Below are positions 20,551 through 30,613 of a stretch of 64,000 nucleotides of DNA, in pieces. Numbering within the stretch: position 1 is the stretch's first letter; each line of letters opens with the position of its first letter. The notes beneath the pieces were generated by a model that saw only the letters and a program-made list of their open reading frames with translations, did not search any database and was not told where the DNA came from. Source of the stretch: an uncultured Methylomirabilota bacterium (GTDB lineage: Bacteria > Methylomirabilota > Methylomirabilia > Methylomirabilales > 2-02-FULL-66-22); NCBI GenBank assembly GCA_963705305.1, contig OY970067.1:5184001-5248000 (forward strand). Reading direction: 5' to 3'. The position numbers and the translations under genes were made by a program.

Positions 20551-21120
20551 ATGACCAGCCATATTCCGGGTGTTGGGAAGAGGATCCGCGAGATACGCAA
20601 GAGCAGGCGATTGACACTGAAGGCGGTCGCCGATTGCGCCAAGGTCACGCCGAGTCTCATCAGCCAGCTGGAACGCGGAAAGGCAAACCCTTCCCTCGGC
20701 GTGCTCAACCTGATTGCAGGGTGTCTGGAGGTGGGTGTCGCGTCCCTGCTCGAATCGCACGAGCAGGGCGGCATTCGGTCGCCGGTCTTGCACAAGAAAG
20801 ATCGCAAGACACTCCTGACCGAGAACGGAAGACTGCAGCTCTTGTCAAAGCAGTATGACTTGAACTGTGAGTTCGTCCTGAACGAGTGGACGCCGAGCAG
20901 GCCGAGCGGTCGTGAGAAGGTCACTCACGTCGGGGTGGAGTGCGGATATGTTATTCAGGGGAAATTGACGGTGGAATTGGGGGAGGAAATATATACCCTG
21001 GTCGCCGGCGATAGCATCACATTTCCATCGACAGTCCCCCATCGATTGTTTAATCCCGGTCCCTATACCACGGTCGCCGTCTGGGTGAATTCCATCCCCT
21101 GGCTCTTCAGCAACAAGTGA
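20551..21120 (+). CDS. XRE-family HTH regulator with C-terminal cupin
   Basis: SLISQLERGKANPS HTH; HVGVECGYV...GDSITFPSTVPH cupin. Confidence 0.9.
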   Translation: MTSHIPGVGKRIREIRKSRRLTLKAVADCAKVTPSLISQLERGKANPSLGVLNLIAGCLEVGVASLLESHEQGGIRSPVLHKKDRKTLLTENGRLQLLSKQYDLNCEFVLNEWTPSRPSGREKVTHVGVECGYVIQGKLTVELGEEIYTLVAGDSITFPSTVPHRLFNPGPYTTVAVWVNSIPWLFSNK

Positions 21121-21223
21121 TGAATCCCGCGTGCCGCCATGGCGGTCTGCTGGCACATCAGGCAGCCCCCGGGATGCCGGGGGTTGCCTTGGATGGCGGC
21201 GCCGGCCTGCAGGTCCCGACGCC

Positions 21224-21955
21224 TCAGACGGGCGCGACCCTGCCAAGCTCGTCGATTTGCCGTTCCACACTCTCGGGCTCTTCCTCCCGCCGGCCGCCCA
21301 CCCCCTGATCGAATGCATGGAGGATCCCGATCATGCGGTGGAATGGGACGCCCACGAGGAGCTGGTCCTCGGCAAAGCCCGCCAGTCGCCGGGCGCCAAA
21401 ATCGAGGAGAGACAGCCCGATCTCCCCGGTGACAACCGGGTAGGCAACCCCCGTCCGGCAGGCCGGGCCCGACAGCTCGGCCTTCATGGAGCGGCCGTCC
21501 CAGTAGCCTGCAAAGCCCAGGAGATGGTGGAGCGATCCGGGCCTCCCCACGAAGATCACCAGGTCCGGGAGGACCTCCGTCCGCGAGAGGGGCGCGAAGA
21601 CGACGTGGCTTGCCATACCCGCCGGGGGCGGGACCGTTTGCTGCCCGCGGTGAATGGCCACCCGCGAGCAGTAGACCTTCTCCTTGTGCACGAGGAAGTC
21701 CACCAGCTTCTCCCGCCCCTGAGGAGGCATCTGCCCGAGGCCGAGGCTCACCAGGCCCCCCGGACAGCCGCAGGTCTCCGCGGTGATGGTGACGTCTTCG
21801 CCCTCGCTGGCTTTCTTCAGGGCCTGGCAGACGGACACCTTTCCCTGAGGGGCGCTGGTCCCCGGCGCCGGGGCGCCTGCGAAGGTTACCGCGACGGGAT
21901 CCGTGCCAAGGTTCAGCTCTCGCTTCAGCCTGGGAGACCACTGTTGCCAATACAT
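21224..21955 (-). CDS. DUF169 family protein
   Basis: PVAV, CQA, CPGG...LG, PDLV, C...A.P, GAR pattern; GAAAGGAGG RBS. Confidence 0.75.
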   Translation of the reverse strand: MYWQQWSPRLKRELNLGTDPVAVTFAGAPAPGTSAPQGKVSVCQALKKASEGEDVTITAETCGCPGGLVSLGLGQMPPQGREKLVDFLVHKEKVYCSRVAIHRGQQTVPPPAGMASHVVFAPLSRTEVLPDLVIFVGRPGSLHHLLGFAGYWDGRSMKAELSGPACRTGVAYPVVTGEIGLSLLDFGARRLAGFAEDQLLVGVPFHRMIGILHAFDQGVGGRREEEPESVERQIDELGRVAPV

Positions 21956-21991
21956 GTTCGCCCTCCTTTCCACTCGCCCTCCCGGCCCCCG

Positions 21992-23203
21992 TCACTCGCC
22001 GGCCCGGGCCCCCCCGGCCGTCGCGAGGGCCAGGAATTCGTCATCGGTGAGCGGCCGGTGATGCGCGATGCCCGCGCGCTGGCAGGCCAGGAGGATCTGG
22101 CCCATCTGCTCGGGGGAGGCGGTCAGGCCGTACTCGGCCAGCTTCTTGGCCACCGCGCCCAGGTCGCTCCACTTCCCCACCACCACCCGGGGTGAGCGGC
22201 CAACCACCTCGGGCTCGAAGGGGAAGACGACCGGGCGGGCGCCCGCGGCCTCCATGGCGCTCCCGGTGCCCCACTGCTCCACGCTGAAGGCTCCCTTCCC
22301 CGTGATGGGCTTGAAATAATCCACAGGGATCCCGCTGATCTCCTCGACGAGGCGGCTCAACCAGGGCAAGAGGTCGAGGCGGATGCCGGTGTCCACCCCG
22401 TAGAGGATTTCCAGCGCCATGGCCACCTCGTCCAGGGGGGCATTTCCGGCGCGGTACCCCAGCCCGTTGACCGCCACGTTGAGGCCGGTGGCGCCCGCCT
22501 CGTAGGCCGCCAGGACATTGGCCGTCGAGAGGCCGAAGTCGTTGTGGCAGTGGACGTCCACTTCCAGTCCGCTCCACTCGCGGACCTGGCGCACGAGGAA
22601 CCCGACCGCACCGGGCCGCGCCACGCCGTAGCTGTCCACAACGGTGACGGCCGACGCCCCCGCCTCCTTGCCCACCCGGACCGTCTCCTTAAGCTGGTCG
22701 AGGGGGGCGCGAGTGCCCTCCACGATGAACAGGTTCACCTTGCAGCCCGCCTTCCGCGCGGCGGCAATCTGTTGCGCCGCCTCCTCCACGAGCTCGGCGC
22801 GGGAGCGGCGCAGGTGGTGCCGCTGGTGCTCTTCCAGGATCCGGTACCAGACCATGACGTGCCGCACCCCCAGCTCGAGCACCCGCTCGACCCGCCCGGG
22901 GTGCCAGGTCACGTAGAGGTCCAGAGGGAGCCTGCGGCGCAGAATGGCGCGCACGGCTTCCAGCCATCCCGGGACGGTCAGGAACAATTCCATCCGCTTG
23001 AGGCCCACCCTGGCCAGCGCCTCCGCGATGGACACCTTGTCCTCGACTGTGAACGCCACGTCGGCGCACTCCTCCCCATCCCGTACGGTGATATCGTGCA
23101 GCTCGACGGGCCGAGGCGGAACCCGGATGCTCGGATCGAAGTTGTGCGGGCTGCAGAACCACTCAGCGGTTCGCCATGGGGCAGACTGCGCCTCTCTCGC
23201 CAT
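21992..23203 (-). CDS. DRE-TIM metallolyase (LeuA/homocitrate synthase-like), no regulatory domain
   Basis: DITVRDGEE, HCHNDFGLSTAN, NGLGYRAGNA, GKWS; GGAGGT RBS. Confidence 0.82.
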   Translation of the reverse strand: MAREAQSAPWRTAEWFCSPHNFDPSIRVPPRPVELHDITVRDGEECADVAFTVEDKVSIAEALARVGLKRMELFLTVPGWLEAVRAILRRRLPLDLYVTWHPGRVERVLELGVRHVMVWYRILEEHQRHHLRRSRAELVEEAAQQIAAARKAGCKVNLFIVEGTRAPLDQLKETVRVGKEAGASAVTVVDSYGVARPGAVGFLVRQVREWSGLEVDVHCHNDFGLSTANVLAAYEAGATGLNVAVNGLGYRAGNAPLDEVAMALEILYGVDTGIRLDLLPWLSRLVEEISGIPVDYFKPITGKGAFSVEQWGTGSAMEAAGARPVVFPFEPEVVGRSPRVVVGKWSDLGAVAKKLAEYGLTASPEQMGQILLACQRAGIAHHRPLTDDEFLALATAGGARAGE

Positions 23204-23421
23204 GTCTCTTACCTCCGTCTCCAGTCTGAAGGACACACGTGCATCGATTCCTCACTGTCAAGCCACACATCGGGTGGACCGGTGCGTGGCGCCGTCGCCG
23301 TCAGCCTCCCCCGCAGTCCCCCTTTTCTTGGTCAGATACTCGATGCGCGGGATTTGCCTTCTCGGATGGCCCCGCGGCAAAGAATAGCGCAAGCCGGCTC
23401 GCGGCGCCACGCTCCCTTCCT

Positions 23422-24186
23422 TCAATGGGCGGCCAGCAGGGTCCCCAGGGGATGCAGCAGCGGCTGCAATGCCTTCAGCGCAAGGAGGCCGGCCGCATCG
23501 ATCGTCAGGTGGGCGACGATGGCCGGCCAGAGGCTCCCGCACCAGACCACCAGGGCCCCCAGGGCGAGTCCGGCCGTGGTCGTTTGGAGGAGGCCTAGGG
23601 CGCCCTGGTAGCCGTGGCCCGCCCCAAAGCAGAGTGCCGTGATCCCCACGGCGAGCCCGTCGCGGCGCCAGGCGGCACCGGAGGTCTCCGGAACCGGCAG
23701 CGCCGCCCGCACTCGGCCGAGCAGGAAGCCTCGAAAGACCACTTCCTCCCAGACGGCGGCGAAAGCGGCCAGCGGCAGGATCGCAGCCATCGGGAGATCC
23801 GCGAGGGTCCCAAGCCAGGCCAGCCGGCCCGCCACCACCCCCGCGAGATTGCCGTGCAGGGCAAGGTACCCGGCACTGAGGAACAGGTTCGCCGCATACG
23901 CCCCCCCGACACCCAGGAGGCCCCAGCCGATCGCCGCCCACACCGGCTGCCGCTGGAGGCCGAGTGAGGTCCGCCACGAGACGTCGCGCCGGAGAAAGAA
24001 GCCCACCGCGAGGAGCATGATGGAGCCAAGGAGGAGCGCTGAAAGCAGCGGCTCCGCAAGACGATCCAGCCCACCGCCGAGCAGGAGCCCGCCTCCGTAG
24101 ACGAGGCTGTAGAAGAGCGCCAGGAGCGTTCCGGCCTGGCGCCCCGCCGCGGGGGCCGAGAGACAGGCTGGAAAGGGAATTGGCAT
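23422..24186 (-). CDS. CPBP (Abi/CAAX) intramembrane metalloprotease
   Basis: EEVVFRG, FGAGHGYQG, AH...D motifs. Confidence 0.85.
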   Translation of the reverse strand: MPIPFPACLSAPAAGRQAGTLLALFYSLVYGGGLLLGGGLDRLAEPLLSALLLGSIMLLAVGFFLRRDVSWRTSLGLQRQPVWAAIGWGLLGVGGAYAANLFLSAGYLALHGNLAGVVAGRLAWLGTLADLPMAAILPLAAFAAVWEEVVFRGFLLGRVRAALPVPETSGAAWRRDGLAVGITALCFGAGHGYQGALGLLQTTTAGLALGALVVWCGSLWPAIVAHLTIDAAGLLALKALQPLLHPLGTLLAAH

Positions 24187-24397
24187 GCGGTCAGTATACT
24201 CCCGCTACCTGGACACAGACAGCAGCCTTTTTCAGCCGGCCCACCCTGGCGCTCGGAGTGGAGGCTCCGGGCGAGAGCCCGTGACGATTATATGAGGTTG
24301 CCGCATCCCCGTCCCCCAAATTACTGGCGCCCTGCCGGACCCGCGTGCTATACATGGCAGCGCTCCGTATCCCACGAAGCATCCCCGGGGGACCCCT

Positions 24398-25291
24398 GTG
24401 GCCCGTACGTATGCGCTTCTCCTGCTCACGACCGTTTTCTGGGGGGGCACGGCGGTCGCCGGCAAGCTCCTCATCCAGGACGTCCCGCCGCTCACCGCGG
24501 GCGTCCTGCGCTACGGGATCACCGCCCTCCTCCTGCTTTTGCTCTTCCGGAGCCAGCTGCCCTCCGCCTGGTCCCTGCGGAGCGAGGACCGGTGGCTGCT
24601 CTTCTGGATCGGGATCTTCGGCACGTTCCTGAATCACGCGTTTTTCTTCCTGGCGTTGTCCTACGCTCCCGCCACCCACGGCGCCCTCATCCCCTCCACC
24701 ACCAGCCCGGTCTGGACGATCCTGCTGGCCGCTCGCCGTGGGCAGGAGCGTATTTCCCGGATCCAGATGGTGGGGATGGCGCTGTGCATGGTGGGCGTCG
24801 TCCTGGTGGTCCATCCGGCGCGCTTGCTGACGGGAAAGGGGCTCGGCGTTCTCCTGGGCGACGGCCTCTTCATCATCGGCGGGGTGGCCTGGGGGGTCTA
24901 CTCGTACCTTTCCGCCGTGGCGATGCGGCGCCTCAACCCTGTCACGACCCTGGCCTTCGGGATGGTGGTCGGCACCCTTTTCTTGATCCCGACTGCACTG
25001 ATCGAACGACCCTGGGCCACGGTCCGCTTGGCCCACCCCTCTGCCTGGATCGCCCTGCCGGTCCTGATCGTCGCCTGCACGCTGGTTGCCTACCTCTGGT
25101 GGAACGTCGCCCTCTCCCGAGTCGGTGCCGGCCGGACCGCCATCTTCACCAACCTGGTGCCGCTATTCGGTGTGCTCCTCTCCTGGCTTCTCCTCGGGGA
25201 ACGCCTCGAGCCGATCCAACTCGCGGGCGGATTCCTCGCCGTGGCCGGCGTGGTCGCCTGCCAGCAGCCGGCCCAGCGGATGCCGCGGTAG
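24398..25291 (+). CDS. DMT/EamA family transporter
   Basis: FWGG...K, two EamA repeats, NLVP.FG...LGE. Confidence 0.88.
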   Translation: MARTYALLLLTTVFWGGTAVAGKLLIQDVPPLTAGVLRYGITALLLLLLFRSQLPSAWSLRSEDRWLLFWIGIFGTFLNHAFFFLALSYAPATHGALIPSTTSPVWTILLAARRGQERISRIQMVGMALCMVGVVLVVHPARLLTGKGLGVLLGDGLFIIGGVAWGVYSYLSAVAMRRLNPVTTLAFGMVVGTLFLIPTALIERPWATVRLAHPSAWIALPVLIVACTLVAYLWWNVALSRVGAGRTAIFTNLVPLFGVLLSWLLLGERLEPIQLAGGFLAVAGVVACQQPAQRMPR

Positions 25292-25454
25292 TTCCACCGC
25301 ACCGGTGGTGCGGCCGGGCAATGCAGCCGCAATCCCCCTCGTCTTCGATGCCTGCCGTGGGTGCTCCTTCTCCATCGCGCACCTGCTGGCCGGTTGGAAT
25401 CCAGGTAAAAAGCACTTGACAATGGGTCGGAGGATGGGATACGTGACCCCAGGA

Positions 25455-25776
25455 ATGCGTACCCGAGTAACACAAGGCACAGCCAGCCGATATTTCATCC
25501 AGTCCCTTGCGCATGGCCTGAGGGGTCTGGAGTGCCTGGGCCAAGCCCCGGAGGCGTCCGCGCTCGGGGATCTCGCCCGCCAGTCGGGAACGACGAAGGT
25601 CTCGGCCTAATGCCACCTGGGACCCTTACCTCGGGAAGGGGAAATCGATTGCAGCCATTGAGGTCCTCGCGCCACCTGTCCGCACGAGCCTGAAGGCGCT
25701 CGTGGAGAGATTTGTCCCGGCTTTCAAGAAGGCGAGCCGGGAAATCACGGATATCCTCGGGACCCGGAGCGGATAG
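25455..25776 (+). pseudogene. IclR/PcaR-family regulator with nonsense codon and large internal deletion
   Basis: N-terminal FIQSLAHGLRGLE..LGDLARQSG HTH ends at TAA 25608; C-terminal IAAIEVLAP..LVERFVPAFKKASREI follows about 30 nt later in another frame. Confidence 0.75.
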
Positions 25777-25796
25777 CGGGAATCGGAGGGAATCTT

Positions 25797-26459
25797 GTGG
25801 TGAGGCGAGTCGGAGCGGAAGAGGCGGTAGGGCTCCTCCTGAAGGATGGCATGACCCTCATGGTCGGCGGATTCGGGCTGGTCGGCGCGCCGCTGACCTT
25901 GATCGGGGCTCTGAATGCGAGCGCACGCAGGGATCTCACCATTATCAGTAACAATCTGGGAGAGCCTGGGAAGGCGCTTGGCCAAACGCTCCGGCTGGGG
26001 AAGGTGCGCCGCGCGATCGGGTCGTTCTTCACAAGTAACCCCGACGTGGCGGAGGCCCGAGCGCAAGGAAGGATCGAGGTCACGCTCATCCCCCAGGGAA
26101 CGTTCTCCGAGGCGATCCGGGCCGGAGGGGCGGGACTCGGCGGCTTCTACACTCCCACGGGGGTCGGGACTCTCCTGGCGGAAGGAAAAGAGGTCCGCGA
26201 GATCAACGGCAAGATCTACCTGCTCCAGGAACCCCTGCGGGCGGACGTGGCGCTGGTGCGCGCCCATAAGGCGGACCGGCTCGGCAATTTGGTGTACTAC
26301 AAGACGGCCCGCAATTTCAACCCGATGATGGCCACCGCCGCAGACGTGGTGATTGCGGAGGTGGATGAGGTCGTGGACGTGGGCCGGCTGGACCCCGAGG
26401 CCATTGCGACCCCCCACCTGTATGTGGATTACCTTGTCCTGGCCAAGGAGAAAATATGA
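25797..26459 (+). CDS. 3-oxoacid CoA-transferase subunit A (PcaI/ScoA/AtoD-like)
   Basis: MVGGFG, ISNN, PQGTFSEAIRAGGAG, GNL.Y..TARNFNP.MA. Confidence 0.92.
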   Translation: MVRRVGAEEAVGLLLKDGMTLMVGGFGLVGAPLTLIGALNASARRDLTIISNNLGEPGKALGQTLRLGKVRRAIGSFFTSNPDVAEARAQGRIEVTLIPQGTFSEAIRAGGAGLGGFYTPTGVGTLLAEGKEVREINGKIYLLQEPLRADVALVRAHKADRLGNLVYYKTARNFNPMMATAADVVIAEVDEVVDVGRLDPEAIATPHLYVDYLVLAKEKI

Positions 26460-27103
26460 ACGAGAAAGAGCTGATCGCGAGCCGGGCGGCCGCACTTCTG
26501 CAGCCTGGCTGGGTGGTCAATCTGGGGATTGGGATCCCCACCCTGCTTCCCCGGTTCATCGCTGCGGACTCCATCTGCTTCCAGACGGAAAATGGCCTGC
26601 TGGGCGTCGGTCCCCCGCCGGAGAAGGACCAGGTGGATCCGAACCTTGTGGATGCGGGGAAGCGGTCCGTGACGGCGCGGCCAGGCGCCGCTTTCTTTGA
26701 CAGCGCCGCGTCCTTCGCCATGATCCGGGGCGGCCACGTGGACGCGGTCGTCCTGGGGGCGCTCCAGGTGGACGAGCAGGGGCGGGTGGCGAACTGGCTG
26801 TTGCCCGGCGAGCCCGTCCTCGGCGTGGGCGGCGCCATGGACCTCATGTCGGGGGCCAGGACCGTCATCATCGTGATGCTCCACACCGCCAAGGACGGGG
26901 CGCCGAAGCTCGTGCGGGAGTGCTCCCTGCCGCTCACCTCGCTCAGGCCCGCAGGCTGGGTGGTGACCGAGATGGCCACCTTCCGTCACGACGATACAGG
27001 GCTCGCCCTGGTGGAGTGCGCGCCGGGCGTGTCGGTCGAGACCGTGCGTGCGCGGACGGGGGCGCAATTCCGGGAGGGCCTGCTGCTGGGCCGTGGGCGA
27101 TGA
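26456..27103 (+). CDS. 3-oxoacid CoA-transferase subunit B (PcaJ/ScoB/AtoA-like)
   Basis: VNLGIGIP, QTENG (catalytic Glu), GGAMDL, CSLPLT. Confidence 0.92.
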   Translation: MNEKELIASRAAALLQPGWVVNLGIGIPTLLPRFIAADSICFQTENGLLGVGPPPEKDQVDPNLVDAGKRSVTARPGAAFFDSAASFAMIRGGHVDAVVLGALQVDEQGRVANWLLPGEPVLGVGGAMDLMSGARTVIIVMLHTAKDGAPKLVRECSLPLTSLRPAGWVVTEMATFRHDDTGLALVECAPGVSVETVRARTGAQFREGLLLGRGR

Positions 27104-27173
27104 GGACACCCTGCTCCCCGCCCGCTGCAACCCCTTCCCTGGCCCGCGGGGCGATTCCCCTGGAGAGGGCGGC

Positions 27174-27935
27174 GTGACCTTCGACTTTGCAGGGCAGGTT
27201 GTGCTCATTACCGGGGGGGCCGGCGACATCGGCCGGGCCGCCGCTGGGGGTTTCCTGCGCGCCGGCGCCGGCCGGGTGGTGCTGCTCGACGCCGCGTCGG
27301 CGGCGCTGGCGCGCGCCGCCGACGAGCTGAGCCGTTCCCATCCGGGCCAGGTCCGCGGCGAGGTCGCCGACGTGGCCGACGTCGCGGCCACAGGCGATGT
27401 GGTCCGGCAAGTCCTCGCCACCGAGGGGCAAGTGGATGTGCTGTTCAACGTCGCCGGGGTGAACCGGCGCAAGCCAGCCCTGGACATCACGCCGGAGGAC
27501 TGGGACTACATCCTCGGGGTGAACCTGCGCGGCCTCTTCTTCATCACCCAGGCGGTGGGACGTCATATGGTGGCGCGTGGCCGCGGCGCAGTGGTGAGTG
27601 CCGCCAGCGTGTCCAGCGTGCGCGGTCACCCGAATCTCGCGCCGTACGCCGCCAGCAAAGGTGGCATCGCACAGCTCACGCGCGTCCTGGCGCACGAGTG
27701 GGCGCCATTTGGCGTGCGGGTGAACGCCGTCGCTCCCGGGTACCTGGAGACCGGCCTCACGCGCGATTATCTGGCCGACCCGGCGGTGCGGTCCGCCGTC
27801 CTCTCCAAGATCCCCTTGGGCCGCCTGGGCGGCCCCGCGGATCTGGTCGGCGCTGTACTCTTTCTGGCATCCAGCCTTGCCGCGTATGTAACCGGGCACA
27901 TCCTCTTCGTCGACGGCGGCCGAACTGTGGACTAG
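27174..27935 (+). CDS. SDR oxidoreductase
   Basis: TGGAGDIG, YAASK, VNAVAPG, VDGG; GGAGAGG RBS before GTG. Confidence 0.88.
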   Translation: MTFDFAGQVVLITGGAGDIGRAAAGGFLRAGAGRVVLLDAASAALARAADELSRSHPGQVRGEVADVADVAATGDVVRQVLATEGQVDVLFNVAGVNRRKPALDITPEDWDYILGVNLRGLFFITQAVGRHMVARGRGAVVSAASVSSVRGHPNLAPYAASKGGIAQLTRVLAHEWAPFGVRVNAVAPGYLETGLTRDYLADPAVRSAVLSKIPLGRLGGPADLVGAVLFLASSLAAYVTGHILFVDGGRTVD

Positions 27936-27945
27936 CGCGGGACGC

Positions 27946-29148
27946 GTGGGGGTCGAGTTGGTAGAAGCCTGGATCATCGATGCGGTCCGGACCCCGATTG
28001 GAAAGGCCGGCGGCCAGTTCGCCGCCGTGCGCCCCGACGACCTCGCTGCCGTCGTGTTGCGGGCTGTCCTTGACCGGCGAGGTCTCCCCGCCTCGGAGGT
28101 CGAGGACGTCTACCTGGGGTGCGCCAACCAGGCCGGGGAGGACAACCGCAATGTGGCCCGGATGAGTCTGCTCCTCGCCGGCTATCCAGAGTCGGTGCCG
28201 GGTGCCACCGTGAATCGCCTGTGCGGGTCAGGCATGGAGGCGGTCGTCCAGGCCGCGCGCGCTATCACGGCAGGGGACGGTCACGTATTCATCGCGGGCG
28301 GGATCGAGTCGATGTCGCGGGCTCCCTGGGCCATGCCCAAGCCGGACAAGCCCTTCACGCGCGGCAACGCTACCCTGTATGACACCGCGCTCGGGTGGCG
28401 CTTTGTGAACCCGCGGATGGAGGCCCTGGGCCACACGGAAACGCTGGGCCAGACAGCGGAGAATCTCGCCTCTGAGTACCACATTGCCCGGGAGGCCCAG
28501 GACCGCTTCGCCCTGGCGAGCCACCGGAAGGCGGTAGCGGCCCAGGACGCCGGCGCCTTCGCCGACGAGCTTGTGCCCGTCGATGTCAGGGAAGGGAAAG
28601 CGACGGCGGACGAGTGCCCGCGCCGGGACACCTCCCTCGAGAGACTGGCGAAGCTCGAGCCCGCCTTCCGGAAGGGAGGCAGCGTCACCGCCGGCAATTC
28701 GAGCCCGCTCAACGACGGGGCGGCGGCCCTTCTCGTCGTCTCCGACACTTACGCCCGCGCCCACGGGCTCGCGCCCCTGGCGCGCATCCTGAGCAGCGGC
28801 ACGGCCGGTGTCCCGCCGCGTGTCATGGGCATCGGTCCTGCCCCCGCTGCACAGAAGGCCCTAGAGCGGGCGCGGATCACCCTGACCGGGGTGGATCTCA
28901 TCGAACTCAACGAGGCCTTTGCCGCCCAGGCCCTCGCTGTCTTCGCTGCCTGGGGACTCGATGCTCAGGACCCCCGAGTCAACCCGCAGGGTGGGGCCAT
29001 TGCTCTCGGCCATCCGCTCGGGTGTTCGGGCGCGCGCATCATCACGACCCTCGTTCACAGCCTGCGCCGCCAGGGTAAGTCGATCGGTCTCGCATCGATG
29101 TGCATCGGCGTGGGGCAGGGGATTGCGCTGGTCGTAGAGCGGATATAG
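27946..29148 (+). CDS. Thiolase, PcaF/PaaJ-like
   Basis: GCANQAGEDNRNVARM, NRLCGSG, NEAFA, GHPLG, CIGVGQG. Confidence 0.92.
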   Translation: MGVELVEAWIIDAVRTPIGKAGGQFAAVRPDDLAAVVLRAVLDRRGLPASEVEDVYLGCANQAGEDNRNVARMSLLLAGYPESVPGATVNRLCGSGMEAVVQAARAITAGDGHVFIAGGIESMSRAPWAMPKPDKPFTRGNATLYDTALGWRFVNPRMEALGHTETLGQTAENLASEYHIAREAQDRFALASHRKAVAAQDAGAFADELVPVDVREGKATADECPRRDTSLERLAKLEPAFRKGGSVTAGNSSPLNDGAAALLVVSDTYARAHGLAPLARILSSGTAGVPPRVMGIGPAPAAQKALERARITLTGVDLIELNEAFAAQALAVFAAWGLDAQDPRVNPQGGAIALGHPLGCSGARIITTLVHSLRRQGKSIGLASMCIGVGQGIALVVERI

Positions 29149-29149
29149 A

Positions 29150-29774
29150 ACAGGGCCGTCCAGATATCCTGTTCCTTCCCGAACCTCCTGGCGGCCGGGC
29201 AACTGACCAGCAACCCGCTTCCCTCGAAGCAAGCCCCCACAGCAATGACATTCGCCAGCGGCAGATACTCCGGGACGTCCGCCGCGGCCACCTTGCCTCT
29301 CGGGACGAACAGCACTCCCTTGAAGATGCTCACGAAATCCGCCAGGACGGCAGTGCCGCCCGCCGCCCGCGCGGGGTAGAACTTCAATGTGCGGAGCCCG
29401 GCGGAGACGGCGACCATGGCCTCGGATGCCATCTGGACACCCGGCAAAAACGGCAGCGGACTCCGGGCTGCCGCTTCGATGAGCGCCGGAGTCAACCCTG
29501 GGCTCAGGGCAAATTAGGCTCCCGCCGCCGCGGCCCGATCGAAATCCTCCGGCTGCCGGAGCGTTCCGGCCCCTACGGCCATCTCCTGGAACCTCTCCCG
29601 GATCGCCCGAATTCCCGCCATCCCCTCCGCGGTCCTCAGGGTGATTTCCATGACCCGAAGACCGCCGGCCAACAGGCTTTCGGCGATCCGGAGCCCCTCA
29701 TCCACCTTCCGGATCGTCATGATCGAGAGCACGCCCTGGCGGCCGAGGATCTGTCGAAGCGCTTCATCTTTCAT
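29150..29774 (-). pseudogene. eda: KDPG/KHG aldolase pseudogene
   Basis: EITLRT, VGAGT, AGA*FALSPG (in-frame TAA at 29514-29516), LKFYPA; C-terminus degenerate, 3' end approximate. Confidence 0.8.
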
Positions 29775-30350
29775 CGCGCACCTTCCCGACGGACCGCGTC
29801 GAGCAACGTATCCACCTGTCGATTCGGAGCCGCGCCATCTTCGTTGTCCAGCACGAGCTTCACATACCAGGGGATTTTATACGGGCCTCGGGCCAGGAAC
29901 TCGTTCCAGTGCTCGAGCTTCCATCGATCCCGCACCTCCCCCCGGACTTGCAGCCGTCGGTAGGCCGTCTCGGGTGACACGTGCACCCACACCGGAAAGA
30001 ACGCCGCCCTGCGGGACTGGCAGGCGTCTCGCATCCGGCCGGTCCAGACGGCATCGTCCAGCTCCGATGCCAATGGGGCGTCCAGCACCACGACCTTCCC
30101 CATCTCAAGGTGGTCGAAGGCCACGCCTTCGAGTACCTCGTATTGGAGCGGCCGGACATCCCGCCAATAGACGGGGCTGTCCCGGTCCACGCCGACCCCC
30201 AGCGCCGTCAGGAGCCTGTCCACCCACCTCCCGAGCACGAAGTCCTTATCGAGGAGCACAGCGTTCCCTATTCGACGCACCAGCTCGTGCCCGAGCCGCG
30301 TCTTGCCGGCGCAGGCCCCACGCTGCGCCCCCGTGAATCGGAAGCGTCCC
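29771..30350 (-). pseudogene. P-loop (AAA_33-like) kinase with damaged 5' end
   Basis: AGKT, LLDKD, VVLDAP, RRL..RG..RD..KL; no clean start or RBS and the Walker A lead-in is distorted; stop overlaps the eda start. Confidence 0.55.
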
Positions 30351-30613
30351 GGCCTTACCGGATTCCCACCCACCGAATAAGGGTGCGCTAAAGAAAATCG
30401 CTCGAAGGCAAGGGACAACTCCTTCCGGGATCTTACGGCTATCTGGGGAACAGTTCGTACGCATGTATAGAAAGCGCTAGCCCGATTCCGAAAATATCTC
30501 ACCGCCAACCCCTGTAGACAATTTCGTGATTTATCTATTTGGCTGATTATGTAATTTGGCAGTACGATGGGAACAAACTCCCGAACCAGTACTCTTTCGG
30601 AGGGTGAGAGACA

